A stretch of DNA of 63,136 bases, the filler included, from Choristocarpus tenellus KU-1152 (taxonomy: Eukaryota; Protista; Phaeophyceae), in the NCBI GenBank assembly GCA_964200185.2. It is 14 parts of 14 records of this genome, joined end to end, with 100 filler letters (N's around TTAATTAATTAA, not from the genome) between each part and the next. Parts side by side here need not be neighbours in the genome. Positions count along the whole stretch, not along the records: positions 51,004 to 57,163 come from CAXNAD020008800.1; positions 57,264 to 60,015 come from CAXNAD020025046.1; positions 60,116 to 63,136 come from CAXNAD020022879.1; 11 more parts are not named here. The stretch is one strand, 5' to 3'. Numbering within the stretch: position 1 is the stretch's first letter; every line of letters starts with the position of its first letter. Positions 51,192-63,136 of this stretch are shown here, piece after piece. The notes under the pieces were generated by a model. It worked only from the letters and a program-made list of their open reading frames with translations. It was not told where the DNA came from and did not search any database. The translations under genes and the position numbers were made by a program.

Positions 51192-51329
51192 GTCCGTGAC
51201 GGTTTTGGTGGAGGCTTCAACGAGCGACAGGACCGAGCTTCTGTGGCAACAGTTGAGGTAGACGAGGATGGCTATGATGATTTTGGCCGTAGGAAGAAGA
51301 AGGCTCGTGCTGATAAGAAAGCGAAGGAG
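51192..51329 (+). CDS. ZRANB2: ZRANB2-like RS splicing factor, internal exon
   Basis: CAG acceptor and GTGAGA donor, 46 codons. VRDGFGGGFNERQD...EDGYDDFGRRKKK matches the ZRANB2 motif GGGFNER...GEYDEFGRKKKK that follows the zinc fingers. Confidence 0.8.
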
Positions 51330-51751
51330 GTGAGAATAATTTCGACTTCAGGAGCAGGCAAGTATGTTGGAACAATATCTTCTCCTTTCATCCTTTCAGG
51401 ACATCCTTGATTCTATTCTGTACCCCAGTGATGCTTTGAACTTGGTAATGAAGTATTGCGTCTACCACCTGTTAAGTCCTCTCAAAGTGTACCATTCTTG
51501 TTGTAAATGGTGATTCTCTGCTGGCTGATGTTCCGACAACACCTCCAACTCGCTTTTATTCCAAGAAGAAACAAAAAATAAAATACGTTTTTGAAGTGCA
51601 ATGTGAATGCTCCCAATCACTCCCTTATGATGGACCTGTACTAACTGTATGTTGCTCTAACTGCTATGTCCGAATTCACACCATTCTATGACGCATGATA
51701 AACACAATGATGTAACGCATCCTGTCAACAATAATGTGCCATTTGAGACAG

Positions 51752-52414
51752 GAGGCTGCCTTGGCACGCCTCAGGAAGTCGTATGGTAGTGTGCTCCTTG
51801 GTGTCACAGGATTGGCCCCCACAAGTGTGGTCCCCCCCACAGTAGTGTCGGGTCAATTTGATGACGCTGCTGAGGGGAGGCACAATGAGTTGAGGCGCGA
51901 TAGGGGCTCTGCCAGTGAGGGTACATCGGGGACCACAGGCGGAGCAGAGGGAAAGTTAGACAGCAATGGGCGGGACCGTGGTTCATCGACCAGGGATCGT
52001 GGTGGAGAGGGTGACCAGAATGGAGGAGGAGAGGATGAGGAACGGGGGAGAGACCGCAGTCGAGATGGTGACCGGGGCAGGGGCAGGGGCAGGAGCAGGA
52101 GCAGGAGCAAGGGTAGAAGCAGGGATAGAAATAGGGGCAAGGAGAGGAGCAAGGAGAGGATGAGAGATGCAGACAGGAGGGACAGAGGCCAAGATAAAGG
52201 CAGGGACCGTAGCAGTGATAGGACTGGTGGCCGAGGGAGAGGTCGAGGCAGGAGCAGGAGCAGGGAGAGGGACCGGGGGAAGGAGAGGGGCAGAGACAGA
52301 GGCAGAAGCGCAGACAAGAGCCGTAGCCGAGACAGGAGTGTGGAGAGAGACAGAGATAGGGACAGGCATCGTAGACACAGAAGTCGCTCCAGCAGCCGGA
52401 GTCGGCGCCGCTGA
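51752..52414 (+). CDS. ZRANB2: ZRANB2-like protein, last exon with an RS/RD/RG-rich tail
   Basis: CAG acceptor in phase 0 with the previous exon (KAKE-EAALARL), long RS-rich region, TGA stop. Upstream zinc-finger exons are not on this contig. Confidence 0.8.
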   Translation, partial: EAALARLRKSYGSVLLGVTGLAPTSVVPPTVVSGQFDDAAEGRHNELRRDRGSASEGTSGTTGGAEGKLDSNGRDRGSSTRDRGGEGDQNGGGEDEERGRDRSRDGDRGRGRGRSRSRSKGRSRDRNRGKERSKERMRDADRRDRGQDKGRDRSSDRTGGRGRGRGRSRSRERDRGKERGRDRGRSADKSRSRDRSVERDRDRDRHRRHRSRSSSRSRRR

Positions 52415-53699
52415 AGGGAGGGTTGGTCCCGAAGGAAGGAATCTAAATTGCTTGGCATGCAGGGGGGGATGTGGGCAAGGGGAAACTGAGAGGGTATCTG
52501 GTGGTTTGGAAGTGGTGGAGCAGATGAGGTTGACACATGGAGTATATTACTGTGTATGTTTGGTGCTATTGTGCAGTCAGGTGCGAGGTTTGAGTGCTGT
52601 GGGTCTATGATACTTGGTGATGTTAGCCATGAACAAGTTCAGGGCATTGGGTGTAGAGGCAGGGGGTGGACTACTGTAGAGAGCTGGGGGCCATGGGGAA
52701 ATAGTAATGTACATCATTGTCACATTTTTGTTTCCTTTGCTTGTGGTAAGGAGGGTGTAACTCTTAGGACTTTACGATTTTTCACCGCTATTCATCAGGC
52801 GCTTGTGATAAAACATCCATCCAGTAAGTTTCAAGGCTCCACTGTTGACAAACACAAGTATTATTTATTTCATATCAATATTAGGGGCTCTTTTGGGCGC
52901 CATGATTTCCCAAGCTTTGAATACACAAGAAAACTAAACGCTGTTTGAACAAAGCATCTCTGTGCCCCGAAACTTTTTGCACAGGCCATTCTTAAGTGAT
53001 GCATTTTTGACCTTTAGGTCAACATTTCATCGTACGCTTTTTGATAATCAGCAACAAATTCTAATTCTACCAATCCTTTCAAAGTGGTATATTATCATTC
53101 AACCATTCATTTCAGAATGTTAGGATAAATTTTATATCTCGTCTCATTTACAGAGCACAAGGATCACCACACATGAGTGTGCAACCCTTGGTATGCTCCA
53201 ATGTTGTGTTAATCATAGGACAGCAACTCTACTCCTCTGTTGCCATGCAGTGCAGAATCCACACTTGATGGAGTAGAGGATAGGTGATACTTTCACCTTC
53301 TTGGTACATTGTGTTTGCGCAGAGGCTGTTAGTGCGTGTGAGCACTGAACACAGGGTTGTGATCTGATTCTTTAACAGGGTGAGAAAAAAGAAACAAATG
53401 CTGAGTTGTAGTCTGGTATAAAGGCAAGACACGTTCAAGTCAGCAAGGGATGGCTGGTCTCTTTTGTTCTGATTTAGTGTCCTCCTGTCAATCAAGGCTT
53501 TAACACTGAGAACGACCAAGCAGCTTCAATTGTTTCCTTGCCATGACTACGCCTGGGGGACTAATCCACATTCTAACCTCTTCTTCACCTTCACGGAAGT
53601 AGAACCGTAGGCAGTTGAACAAGTCAGGAGTAAAACACAAAAATCATTTTCTGAGGGGAGGGGGGAGGAGTGCTGCTGCAGTTTACGTCACCTAACACA

Positions 53700-56400
53700 T
53701 CATTGTGGGATGGAACTGCTCTACAAACGGAAAACCTCAACCTTTTCTCCTAGCAGTAAAAAGGGTAGATAGGCACATAGGAACAAACCGCCTCCCATAA
53801 CCTACAAGCCCCCTTCTTCACAGAAGCAAGGTTGCCGCCATTGACAACAGGACCCAACTCTTGCAATGCCTGCAAAACCTCTATGGTCACACACATGAAT
53901 TTTGACAGCAACTAGTGAACTCAAAGTGCACCCTGTTGCAGTCTTGCAACACCATGCACCACTGAATACCTCACCACAAATAAAATTCTGGTGCCTATCA
54001 TCTGCATCTTGATTCTGCCCCATGGATCCTTCGTATTATCTAGCAGAACTCTACCCCTCCTTCACACATCGGTTTATGTCTCTGACTCTATGAGCGGCTT
54101 GTCTGTGGGTGATGTATCAGGAGTTTCGGATGGGGTGTCTGAAGTTGGCTCCTCCATAATCTTAGGGGTAGGGCTGACTCCAGGAGGGAGGGTAGTGAGC
54201 TTGATCCCCACAAGCCTATCCTTTGATGACACCTTAACCACCTAACAGTAATATTTTGTTGAAAGGTCATTAGAAGACATAATATAATCACTAAATATCA
54301 CTGGAAACTATTTTTTTTGGGGGGGGAGGGAAGGAGGAATGTAGCACAGTTACGCCACAGTCAGATGCTTCTTCTCAATGGGAAATTGCTGTTGAATGAC
54401 AACTTCTAAAAATAGAGAAGACATTCTACTAGCCAATCATAGTTGACGAAGATGCATGCGCCCCCATGCAATGTTCTCAGAGATGAATTTACTGCCAGTA
54501 CAGCAGGGTCAGATCAATTACCCCATACATCAACCCAATGCACCAAGGTGGATAACGAGTTGGCATAGCACTTGGAATTATCATAGACATAAAAAAAAGG
54601 CGTGCGAGTTACTGTACAACAATCCCCTCACCTCAGCATCCACTCCAGGGCCAAAGAACGTTACATATTTCTGAACTCGTTCAGGTTCAACCCACTTCTT
54701 AAAGGGTGTTGCCCTTGACTGGAACACCATCATGAAACCTAGCTCCCCGTTTGGCTCCACTGTCTGCCAGCCCCCACCCCCCACCCCCAGGATGGCAAAA
54801 GCAAGAAAAAATGCTTGTTTTCAGTTTTTTCTTTCAGTCCTATGTTATGTGTACAATCCTGTGTGGGTAACTTCAACATGCTTTTGTGACCTGTACCCTG
54901 CTGCGGAGACAAAAGAGAATGATCCAACTTTCCATTGCCAGGGAAAAGCTAAATAATCTGGAGAGTTCTTGACACCACGGTGTTGTAAACATCGCATCGC
55001 CTTCGATGCCATACAAGACCCCTCGCAGAATACACTGAATTGAACCCCCCAGTAGTGCATGCGGTTTGAGAAGGCAGTGAGCACAAGTGACGACTACAGG
55101 CTACCACTAGGTATAGCAACACAACAGAGGGGAGATCAGCAAAACACTTAACTCCAACACCTGGCACCACGTATGAGCTTCCCAAATATTGGATGAAGTA
55201 TCTCACACAGTTAATATTCTCCTACACCAAAATAAGAACCTCTTTCGCGAAAAAAATAATATCTGTAATGCACTTTGTGCTCTCTTCAACAGAAGGAGAT
55301 TCAGTGTTGTGCTGTGCAGGGTTTCTCACTGTACCGAAGCTTAGCTTGAACCTACAAACTCGCCTTGAACCAAGAAGGTGTTTCTTATGTGCCAACAAAT
55401 ACACTATATAAACATGAAAACTGACTGGTGCATAGTGGCATGGCAGGCCACATGATGCTGGAAACTGGATGGAGTCCCTCCTTTCAAGACATCACACTCA
55501 GTATGCACCAGAGACGTGTGCAATCCAACAAGATACATGAATGCACATCCTGCCATATGCATAGTCATCATGGTGTAATAAGTACTTCTATTCTAGTACA
55601 AGGCCTTACGCATCACCCCCTGCTTTGTAAAATGTCACAGACAAGGGCATATCACAAAAACTGCACACCTCTCTTCACCGAGGTCCAAAACCATCAACAA
55701 ACTCCACTTGCACCGAGTATCTCCTCTGAAAAACAACCCACTCCAACTTCCCACCCTCTCTCCTCATGAGCAATAGGCAGAGGACCTACGGTCTCCAAGG
55801 GCACGGTCAAAAACCATGATAAACCCCTCAGGACTCCGTAGAGTTGTGATCCGAGAAATTTGCGCCTTGCAACTATAATTACTTCAGCTCTCAACACGTC
55901 ACCACCTAGACGTGATTTGATCATCCAGACCATAGTGCATGGTGCGGGGTTGGTGATCGGCACAGCTGTGAGAAAATAGACCACCTTCTGAGCAGTGCGG
56001 GGCCCCCCACACAGGGGCAAATATATTCAAGGTCCACATCGCACACACGTATGGATGCATCATCACGCCTGATATAAACAGCAACCCTCGGAGGCGTTTA
56101 CACTCTCGGGGATGACCCACAGCATTAACTGAACAATCTATCTAACAATGTTCAGTTATCAGTAAATTAGTTGCAATTAATCAGACGCAGCCGGTTATGA
56201 CCGGTGCCAGTTCACAGCTCACTTCTTTGGTTTTTTAATGCATGGAAAGAGGAGGGCTTCACTTCTGGTTCTCCTCTGACCTGTGTGAGGTATTCCAGCT
56301 GAGGGTAGTCAGACTGGGGCATGACAAGTCCGAGGGTCTTGATGGTGGTATCAAGGTGGGCCTCGTCACCATAGCGATGCCGTGTCACATCGCTCACAAT
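53700..56400 (-). pseudogene. Possible decayed Copia gag-integrase
   Basis: GLVWHRR (pre-integrase-like, about 55010), VHFEFT (about 53920) and LWEAV (about 53795) occur in Copia order, but are very degenerate. Confidence 0.35.
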
Positions 56401-57817
56401 CTTCTTAATTGTCTATCAAACAGGGGAAGGAGAAGAGAGTTAATAGTGATGAGTGTGGGTGTGGGTGTGGGTGTGGGAGGGGATTAGGAAGGGGGTGTAA
56501 ACTCAGGAAGAGGTATTCTTAATTTCCAAGGTGTAAAAGGGCCCAAATACATTTGAATTGAATGATCTTTCAGGGAGGAGATTCACACACTATGGTGCAG
56601 CCAAGACAATGCCAACTTGTTACCTGAGAAGCCTGCACCCACAACAACAAAAAAGAAAGACGAGGAATCAACAAGGGGGGAAAGGGGGGGGGGGGAGGAA
56701 TGTCTCATGAAGCGCAGAAAGCATACATACACAAAAGTAATGAAAAAGTATTGCACACCATGTCCGTTGCACTCTCTCTGAGGATACAGCAGAAACTAGA
56801 ATAGAGCTTACAAGTCCCTCAAAACACGTAAGGATAGAGTGCAACCAAAGTGGATAATCAGGTTAAAATAGCTGCACTCTTGAAGCACTCACAACCCTAG
56901 AGACTCTCATTCTGTCCTGGAAATAAGGTAACTAGAAACACACTGCTGCACCTCAGTGGCTTTCTCCTGGAATAGTGCCTCCGCCTCAGGTGTGGTTTGA
57001 ACTGGTGCAGGGGCCAGTTCGGCATACTGCCCCATGTTCCAAAAATGGCGCATTTCAGGGTTGAAGAGGAGGACAGGGAAAAGGGGGGGGGGGGGGGTGG
57101 AGGGTCCAGTTTTGTTTTAACAAAACAATCTGTAAAGAGGGGAGCGGCCCTCCAGAATAGATANNNNNNNNNNNNNNNNNNNNNNNNNNNNNNNNNNNNN
57201 NNNNNNNTTAATTAATTAANNNNNNNNNNNNNNNNNNNNNNNNNNNNNNNNNNNNNNNNNNNNCGAAACGGACGCCCCCTCACAAACCACCCCCCACCCC
57301 CAGATACTTTGACCCATAATGTAAATGCACTTTTCCTGATTTTGGTCCAAATGAACACCCTGGTGTAGACCCCCCCCCCCAGATAATTTGGGTCACAAAT
57401 TGGCAGCAGCACAAATGGAAGAAATTATCGTGGGGTTGGCTGGGTGGTGGTGGGGGAGTACTTTTAAGGTTAGGGATAGTAGGTGAAGTTGACGCAGTGG
57501 TGCCAAAGATAAGATCTTATCAAGAGAACAACATAGTCTATACAGTTTGTGTCATGTAGGACTACTGAGATCAAGCCAATGGGATGCATCTTCCAGGAAT
57601 CTTCATGCTACTGAGATACATTTAGGACCACTAGTAGCGTGTATTATTGATGGTGTGCACTTATGGTTCACTCTTCAATTTTGTGGCTGGTGCAAAATGC
57701 CATATTATAAGAGTGACGCACGTCAGAAAAATGAGTTAGCATGAAGACAATGCAGAGAAGTATGCTGTAACAACTAATAAAGTATCAACAGTTGCTGTAC
57801 TATTTCAACCTCTGAAA

Positions 57818-58087
57818 GGTTCAAAGTAAATGAGAGGTACACATTCCTTTGCCTTTTTGCGCCATAAGCCAGACTTTCAATCTCTTACAATTTATTACCG
57901 ATATTTACATGGATGGAGTACTATTTCTGACTTGAGAGGGTTGATTTCTCTAGAGGTTGAAACGTTTGGGCACAAATAGGAAAATATCGTATACCTATTG
58001 GCGAAAAAGGTCGAATTTTGCACAAATTTGCCCGCACCTTTAAAATACAATTCTAAGTGGGTACCTATCCCTCTTTTACTTCGACTC
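57818..58087 (+). mobile_element. MITE family 3 (about 270 bp)
   Basis: GGTTCAAAGTAAATGAGAGGTAC ... GTACCTATCCCTCTTTTACTTCGACTC; the TIR core is shared with family 1. Confidence 0.6.
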
Positions 58088-58504
58088 AGAGGTGAAAGGA
58101 GTATGAAGTCTCAAATAATCTGTAATCTCGAAGGGCATCATATTTTTGGGGGGATTTCAAAATTTCAAATTTTTCGAGATATATACGCGAAATATGTACT
58201 TTGAAAACAAATACAGATTTACCCACCATTTAAACCAAAATTATTTGCAAAAATCGACCCATGTCAGAATACCTCATACACAAAAAAAAGTCAGGCTACA
58301 GGTGCTAAAAGTGGAAAGTATAATATTTGATAACTAAACTCTGAATGAAAATTGAATGTCCTGTCACTGTCTTCGCTCAAAACATTTTCAAGATGTCAGA
58401 AGGAAGGTGAAAGCGGTAATGCAAAGTACAGCATGCAAATAAATTACTGAAGAAAACACCAATGTGTTGATGAATTTTCAGTATGGTTTTGTAGTTGTAA
58501 TAAT

Positions 58505-59260
58505 GAGTTGGCTACACATGCTGTGGGGGGGAGAGGGACGGGAGGTATTAGCAGCAAAAAGGCTGTCAAATCCCGCTTCTGACAAATAGTGTCCGTCACT
58601 ACACAAGTATCTCCCTTGAGACGTGTCATACGTTTCAGCGTAGAGACCAGGCAGATGAGCAAGAAGGGGTCTGTCAGATTCTTGGGATGCCTCCCTAGCT
58701 CCTCGCCCACTTGCTTAGGGCTAAGCCAGGTTGAGGCTTAGTGGCAATATACACGTGACATACTAAATACCAACTTTTAAGGGAGTGTTGTAATATAGTT
58801 GGTATTCAGACAGTAGAAGGTCTTTCGGAGATATGCCTTGTTACAAAACGCTTTGCAAGCTTAACCTTGATATAATATGTACCTCCAATCCACAAGGGTG
58901 TGTGTGAACGATCAGGCTCGAAGAAGTCTCAACAATGGAAATGTGGTAAAATATGCTGGATCTTTCACTTGCATTATGACTTTATGACTTTGATTCTTTT
59001 GATTGAGGTATACAGAAAGGACTGCCATGATGGGTGAGGCAAATTTATGGCCATACCAGGACAAAAGTAATAACAAGTAGTCGAGAGGCATAATATATCA
59101 AATCTAGGACTTCCAGGTCATAATAGCGTTTATGAAACCGGCAATATGACCGATCGCCAGTAACGATCTTTCACATTTACTACAACTGTTACTTTTCTAG
59201 GGATACTTGTGATATGGTCTGACACTTTCCCTGGCATATCTGCAAATGTGAGAGGGCACA
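58505..59260. repeat. Dispersed repeat X copy split by a solo LTR
   Basis: Colinear with 7895-8330 except for the insert at 58839-59165. Confidence 0.75.
58839..59165 (-). mobile_element. Diverged solo LTR related to LTR-Q
   Basis: Starts TGTTACAAAACGC...AAGCTTA like 37925, ends CAGTAACG, and is absent from the paralogous empty site near 8232. Confidence 0.65.
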
Positions 59261-59669
59261 AATAATACATATGTTGTAATACAGAGCCAACGTTTACGAG
59301 ATGTACTCAGGTTTTGGTCGTTCTGCATTTTAACGCATATTTTAATATTTACAAGTTGCCCTTACTTCTATGGATGAAGTGCTAAGATTTGAATCGATAG
59401 GGTTGATTTTCCTATTGTTTGAATTATAAGGCCCCTGCACTCATTTGAACAAAAAATCGTATTTTTTGGTCGTATTTGTCGGCATCCTTAATATTCAACC
59501 GTAGGCACCTCTTGCATACTTGGGCTGACAGTTGTTCAGTAGCATTGTAGTTTGACACATAATGCAAAACCACTTTTCCCCTAGCCACACACTTATGGAA
59601 GGCATGCATGCCTATCTGCTACTGGTTCTGCTTGGATCACAGTGACTCCATCTTTTCGAGGTATGTATG

Positions 59670-59870
59670 TGGCCACCTCCTTGATGAGGTGTCTGCTAAG
59701 CCACAACTACACAATACACTCCACCTTTTCTGTACTCATGCCATGCCGCAAGTTACTAAGCGACTGGGAGAAGTTCGAGAAGTTTCTCTTAGCCTGGCAA
59801 CTTCTGCTAATTATGTCACGATAGAACTTGACAATGCCAACAAGGTAGTAGTTGCGTCTTCTGCAACCCG
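59670..59870 (-). pseudogene. hAT transposase C-terminal dimerization domain remnant
   Basis: Minus-strand SCQAKRNFSNFSQSLSNLRHGMSTEKVECIV*LWLSRHL. Confidence 0.7.
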
Positions 59871-60329
59871 TTGCCTACCTTTTACATTGATCTCTGGGGT
59901 GGTGGGCTTGATATTCTGGGTCAAAGTATCTGGGAGGGGGGGGGGGGGGGGGGGGGGGTTTGGGGGGGGGGGGGTGTTTTGCTTCAACAACTTTTTTTTT
60001 TTTTTTTATTTCAAANNNNNNNNNNNNNNNNNNNNNNNNNNNNNNNNNNNNNNNNNNNNTTAATTAATTAANNNNNNNNNNNNNNNNNNNNNNNNNNNNN
60101 NNNNNNNNNNNNNNNCGTTCAAGCAACAACCAACCCTTTCGTCGCCCCCTTCACGTGGTCGCCAACAAGGAGTATATTCTTCAACATATCCAAAATTAAC
60201 ATGCTTCACGACCAATTTTTCCTTTAGGTGCAGATCAGAATTCTAATAATAAAAATGCTTTCTCATGGTGGTATTCCAGGGCATTGTCTCATTACGCATC
60301 TATCTCTTCCTTTGTGTATAAAATCATCA

Positions 60330-62990
60330 TCCAAACGTATGCGTGTGGAGGGAAAAATTAGTTATGAACCAGTCACATTGACCTTGGACACTGCGAGTGA
60401 CATACCATGCATTTCTCACAAATTTCTAAGTTCTCACTCTACGCTCCAGAATTCCCATATTGAATCAATTCCACCAGGCGAAATCAATCTTTGTTCTGCA
60501 GATGGCAGTGCTTTGACCATCATTGGTCTTATCATGTTTTCTCTTCAATTAGGTGACATTAGAAGTCCCAGTTGAAGCTTTAGTGTTGCCCACTCTAGAC
60601 CTGACGATGTTCTTCTTGATAACAGTGTTCTTGATGCTTTTGGAGCGACATATCACTGGAAAACTCATAGGTTATCATTCCAAAAACGTGCAACTGTCAT
60701 ACCTGCCATTCATCGTACTACCCCTTCTTTTCTTGATATGTTATCCCCTGTTCAAATAGCAGCTATGCAAGCGAAAGTTCCATCTGTCCCATTTCGCCTG
60801 AGGGAAAAAAAATCCATTCCCCCAGAATCAGAAACGCTTGTATCTGCTGTAAGTGATGAAACCCCCTCTGATACTTGTGATGCTGTTTTAGAACCACGTA
60901 TCTGTTCATTTCATTATATTGGTTCACTAAATACTAATTATCCTTGGCAATTTATTGCTGTTGCTCGAATAGTTACAATGTGGGATTCTGATGACGGGTC
61001 AGGGGTAGTACAAATTGCTACTATGTCCCCCCAAGCAGTTCATTTACCAAAGAATACTCTACTTGATCACATCTACCCTGCAAATATAGTCAATATCAAA
61101 CACTCTCACACTATATCTGCAACATCTCTATCTGGGTCTGAACGAACGCTTCTTGATAATGCGTTGAAACCTGCTTTAGCCAACACTACTTTCTCTTCAA
61201 CTCAATACAAGAAACACTGAATTTTTGTGCCAAATTCCGTTCAGTATTTTCCCTCGACACGTCTGAATTGGGAACTTGCACCAATGCTGAAGCTGATTTC
61301 CCTCTCGAACCAGGTACCAGACCTAGAAGTCGAACACCATATAGAACCAATCCACATGTTAGAGGTATTAATGAATAAAGGTGATAAAGATATACAAAAC
61401 CAAGGACTAATTGAAGCTCGTTCTAGCCCATGGGTTCCCCTGTTACTATCGTTGCCAAAGCAGATGGGACCCCAAGATTCTGCATTGATTATTGACGGTT
61501 CAAAAATAAACACCTAATTAAACGTTCTTGGCCCATGCCTTTAGCTGAAGAACATCTCGATTCCATTGGTGCAGCAAATTTCTTTCTGTTGCAGATGTTC
61601 AATCAGCGTATCATCAAATTCCTGTGGCGGAAGCAGACATTGACAAGACTGATTTTGTCACCCATAAAGGCAAGTTTGTATGGAAACAACTTCCTTTTGG
61701 TTTAAGCAATGCTCCATTTATTTTTCAATGCATGATGGCTCAAGCTCTGATTTTGGCACAGGGTCAGGTCTGCTATGTTACATGGATGATCTCATTCTTT
61801 GTTCTGCTACTTAGGACCATCATATAACTTTGCTCGAAAATCCTTTTATGGTCCTTCATAATGCTGGCCTTACTTTAAAACCTTCTAAATTGAAGCTTGG
61901 TCCAGCAAAAGTTGAATACCTTGGTCATATTGTTTCTAGTGCAGGGGTACATCTTGGAAAAGCTCGGATTCAAGTTATTGTTGACCTACCCACTCCCCGA
62001 ACAATAAAAGACATTCGATGTATCCTTGGTATTTGCAATTTTTGTCAAAAGTCCATCCCACATTATGCAGACCTGAAAGAACCCCTTCTAAAATTCACAT
62101 ATAAAGAGTTCGTAGTGTTCGTAGATAGTGCTGCTGATACACTATAGACACCATCGGTGGAGTAGATTAGGATGCAGACACCACTGGTGGNNNNNNNNNN
62201 CAACGTTCATGTATGGTAGTCCATGTATGGTAGGGACCTGATACTGGATCATCCATTGACATATCATATATGGCGCGTATGGTAAGTAGATATGATTCTT
62301 TTCTGATTATCCATGTGGACGTTGGAAATCCCACATGGTAGTCTGCACAGGTCTCACCCACATATTCAGTCAGCGGAATCGAGACCACAAGCCCCTTGTA
62401 ATATTAACTTTGCATATCTACACCAAGCTATTCACCGTCCTTCATCAAAGCACCAAAGCCGCGGATCCAGTGTGGGATACTTCAACACATAGCTAGTCCT
62501 TCTGGTGAAATAGGAAAAGCATGGACATCAGTTCATGATACCGCATTGAAAAAATTAAAACGGCATTAATATCGGCGCCTTGTTTACATTATCCTGATTT
62601 CTCAAAATCTTTTGTGGTGCATATGGATGCTTCCAATCTGGGCAGTGGTGGTTTTCTTGCTCAAAAAGCGTCAGATGATCCAACGAACCCCTCGCTTCAT
62701 ATTGTGGCTTACTTCACAGCAAGAAATTTGATGGAGCACAACGAAATTATTCAGCCACATAAAGAATGTTTAGCTGTAGTCCATGCCATTAACCACTGCC
62801 ATCCACATCTTTGGGGTCGAAATTTTGATTTACTCACTGAATATGCGGCACTCAGATATCTGTATTACATGCAAGACACAGATAATATGTTGACACGTTG
62901 AGCTCTTCTTGCTCTTCAATGTTTTGACTTTACAGTCCATCATAAACCAGGCAGAGATAATGTTGTCCCTGAAGCCCTTTCTCCCCTATT
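60330..62990 (+). pseudogene. Ty3/Gypsy pol (protease-RT-RNase H), frameshifted
   Basis: VTLTLDTASDIPCIS (protease); AYHQIPVAEADIDKTDFVT...LPFGLSNAP, YMDD and LKPSK...VEYLGHIVS (RT); VHMDASNLGSGGFLAQ...KECLAVVHAI (RNase H). Confidence 0.93.
62116..62487. mobile_element. Solo-LTR-like insertion in the Gypsy RT-RNase H linker
   Basis: TGTT...AACA termini with 5-bp flanks CGTAG/CATAG; interrupts the pol reading; contains the 10-N gap. Confidence 0.65.
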
Positions 62991-63136
62991 TTATACTGAG
63001 ATTGATCGTATGCCGAAAGTACTTGCTCCTATTTGCAGGAATATTCCAGAAAAAACAATGCCAAGTGCTGTAAGGCTCAAAGTATCTGGGAGGGGGAGGC
63101 GGCTGTCCATTTGGGGTCAATTTTTTCATGTCGCGA

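Noticed and set aside
51853-52610. Long overlapping ORFs on other frames and strands (Leu/Ser-rich and AGAG-rich)
   Set aside because: They are shadows of the low-complexity RS-domain exon.

Overview
This is eukaryotic, repeat-rich DNA and not one contiguous locus. Fourteen short contigs (about 2.6-7 kb) are joined by 13 artificial 100-bp spacers (N44-TTAATTAATTAA-N44), so adjacency across a spacer means nothing. Most of the sequence is decayed transposable elements: Ty3/Gypsy and Ty1/Copia pol remnants, solo LTRs with target-site duplications (TSDs), a non-coding two-LTR element with a tRNA-Gln-type primer-binding site (PBS), and mariner, hAT, MULE and non-LTR fragments. There are also at least three related MITE families with GRG...CYC ends and 4-bp TSDs (Sola2-like). 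One clear host gene fragment is present: the last two exons of a ZRANB2-like RS protein. The most interesting signal is missed by the ORF track: a CpG-rich, multi-exon gene at about 29.55-31.93 kb. Its phase-compatible exons splice into a bacterial-type beta-class N6A/N4C DNA methyltransferase-like fold with degenerate catalytic motifs, possibly followed by a SET-like segment. A ParB/DGQHR-like motif lies in a similar CpG-rich segment on another contig (about 46.3 kb). The host could be a stramenopile or brown alga, but that is a low-confidence impression. All family calls come from motif recognition by eye; no database searches were run.
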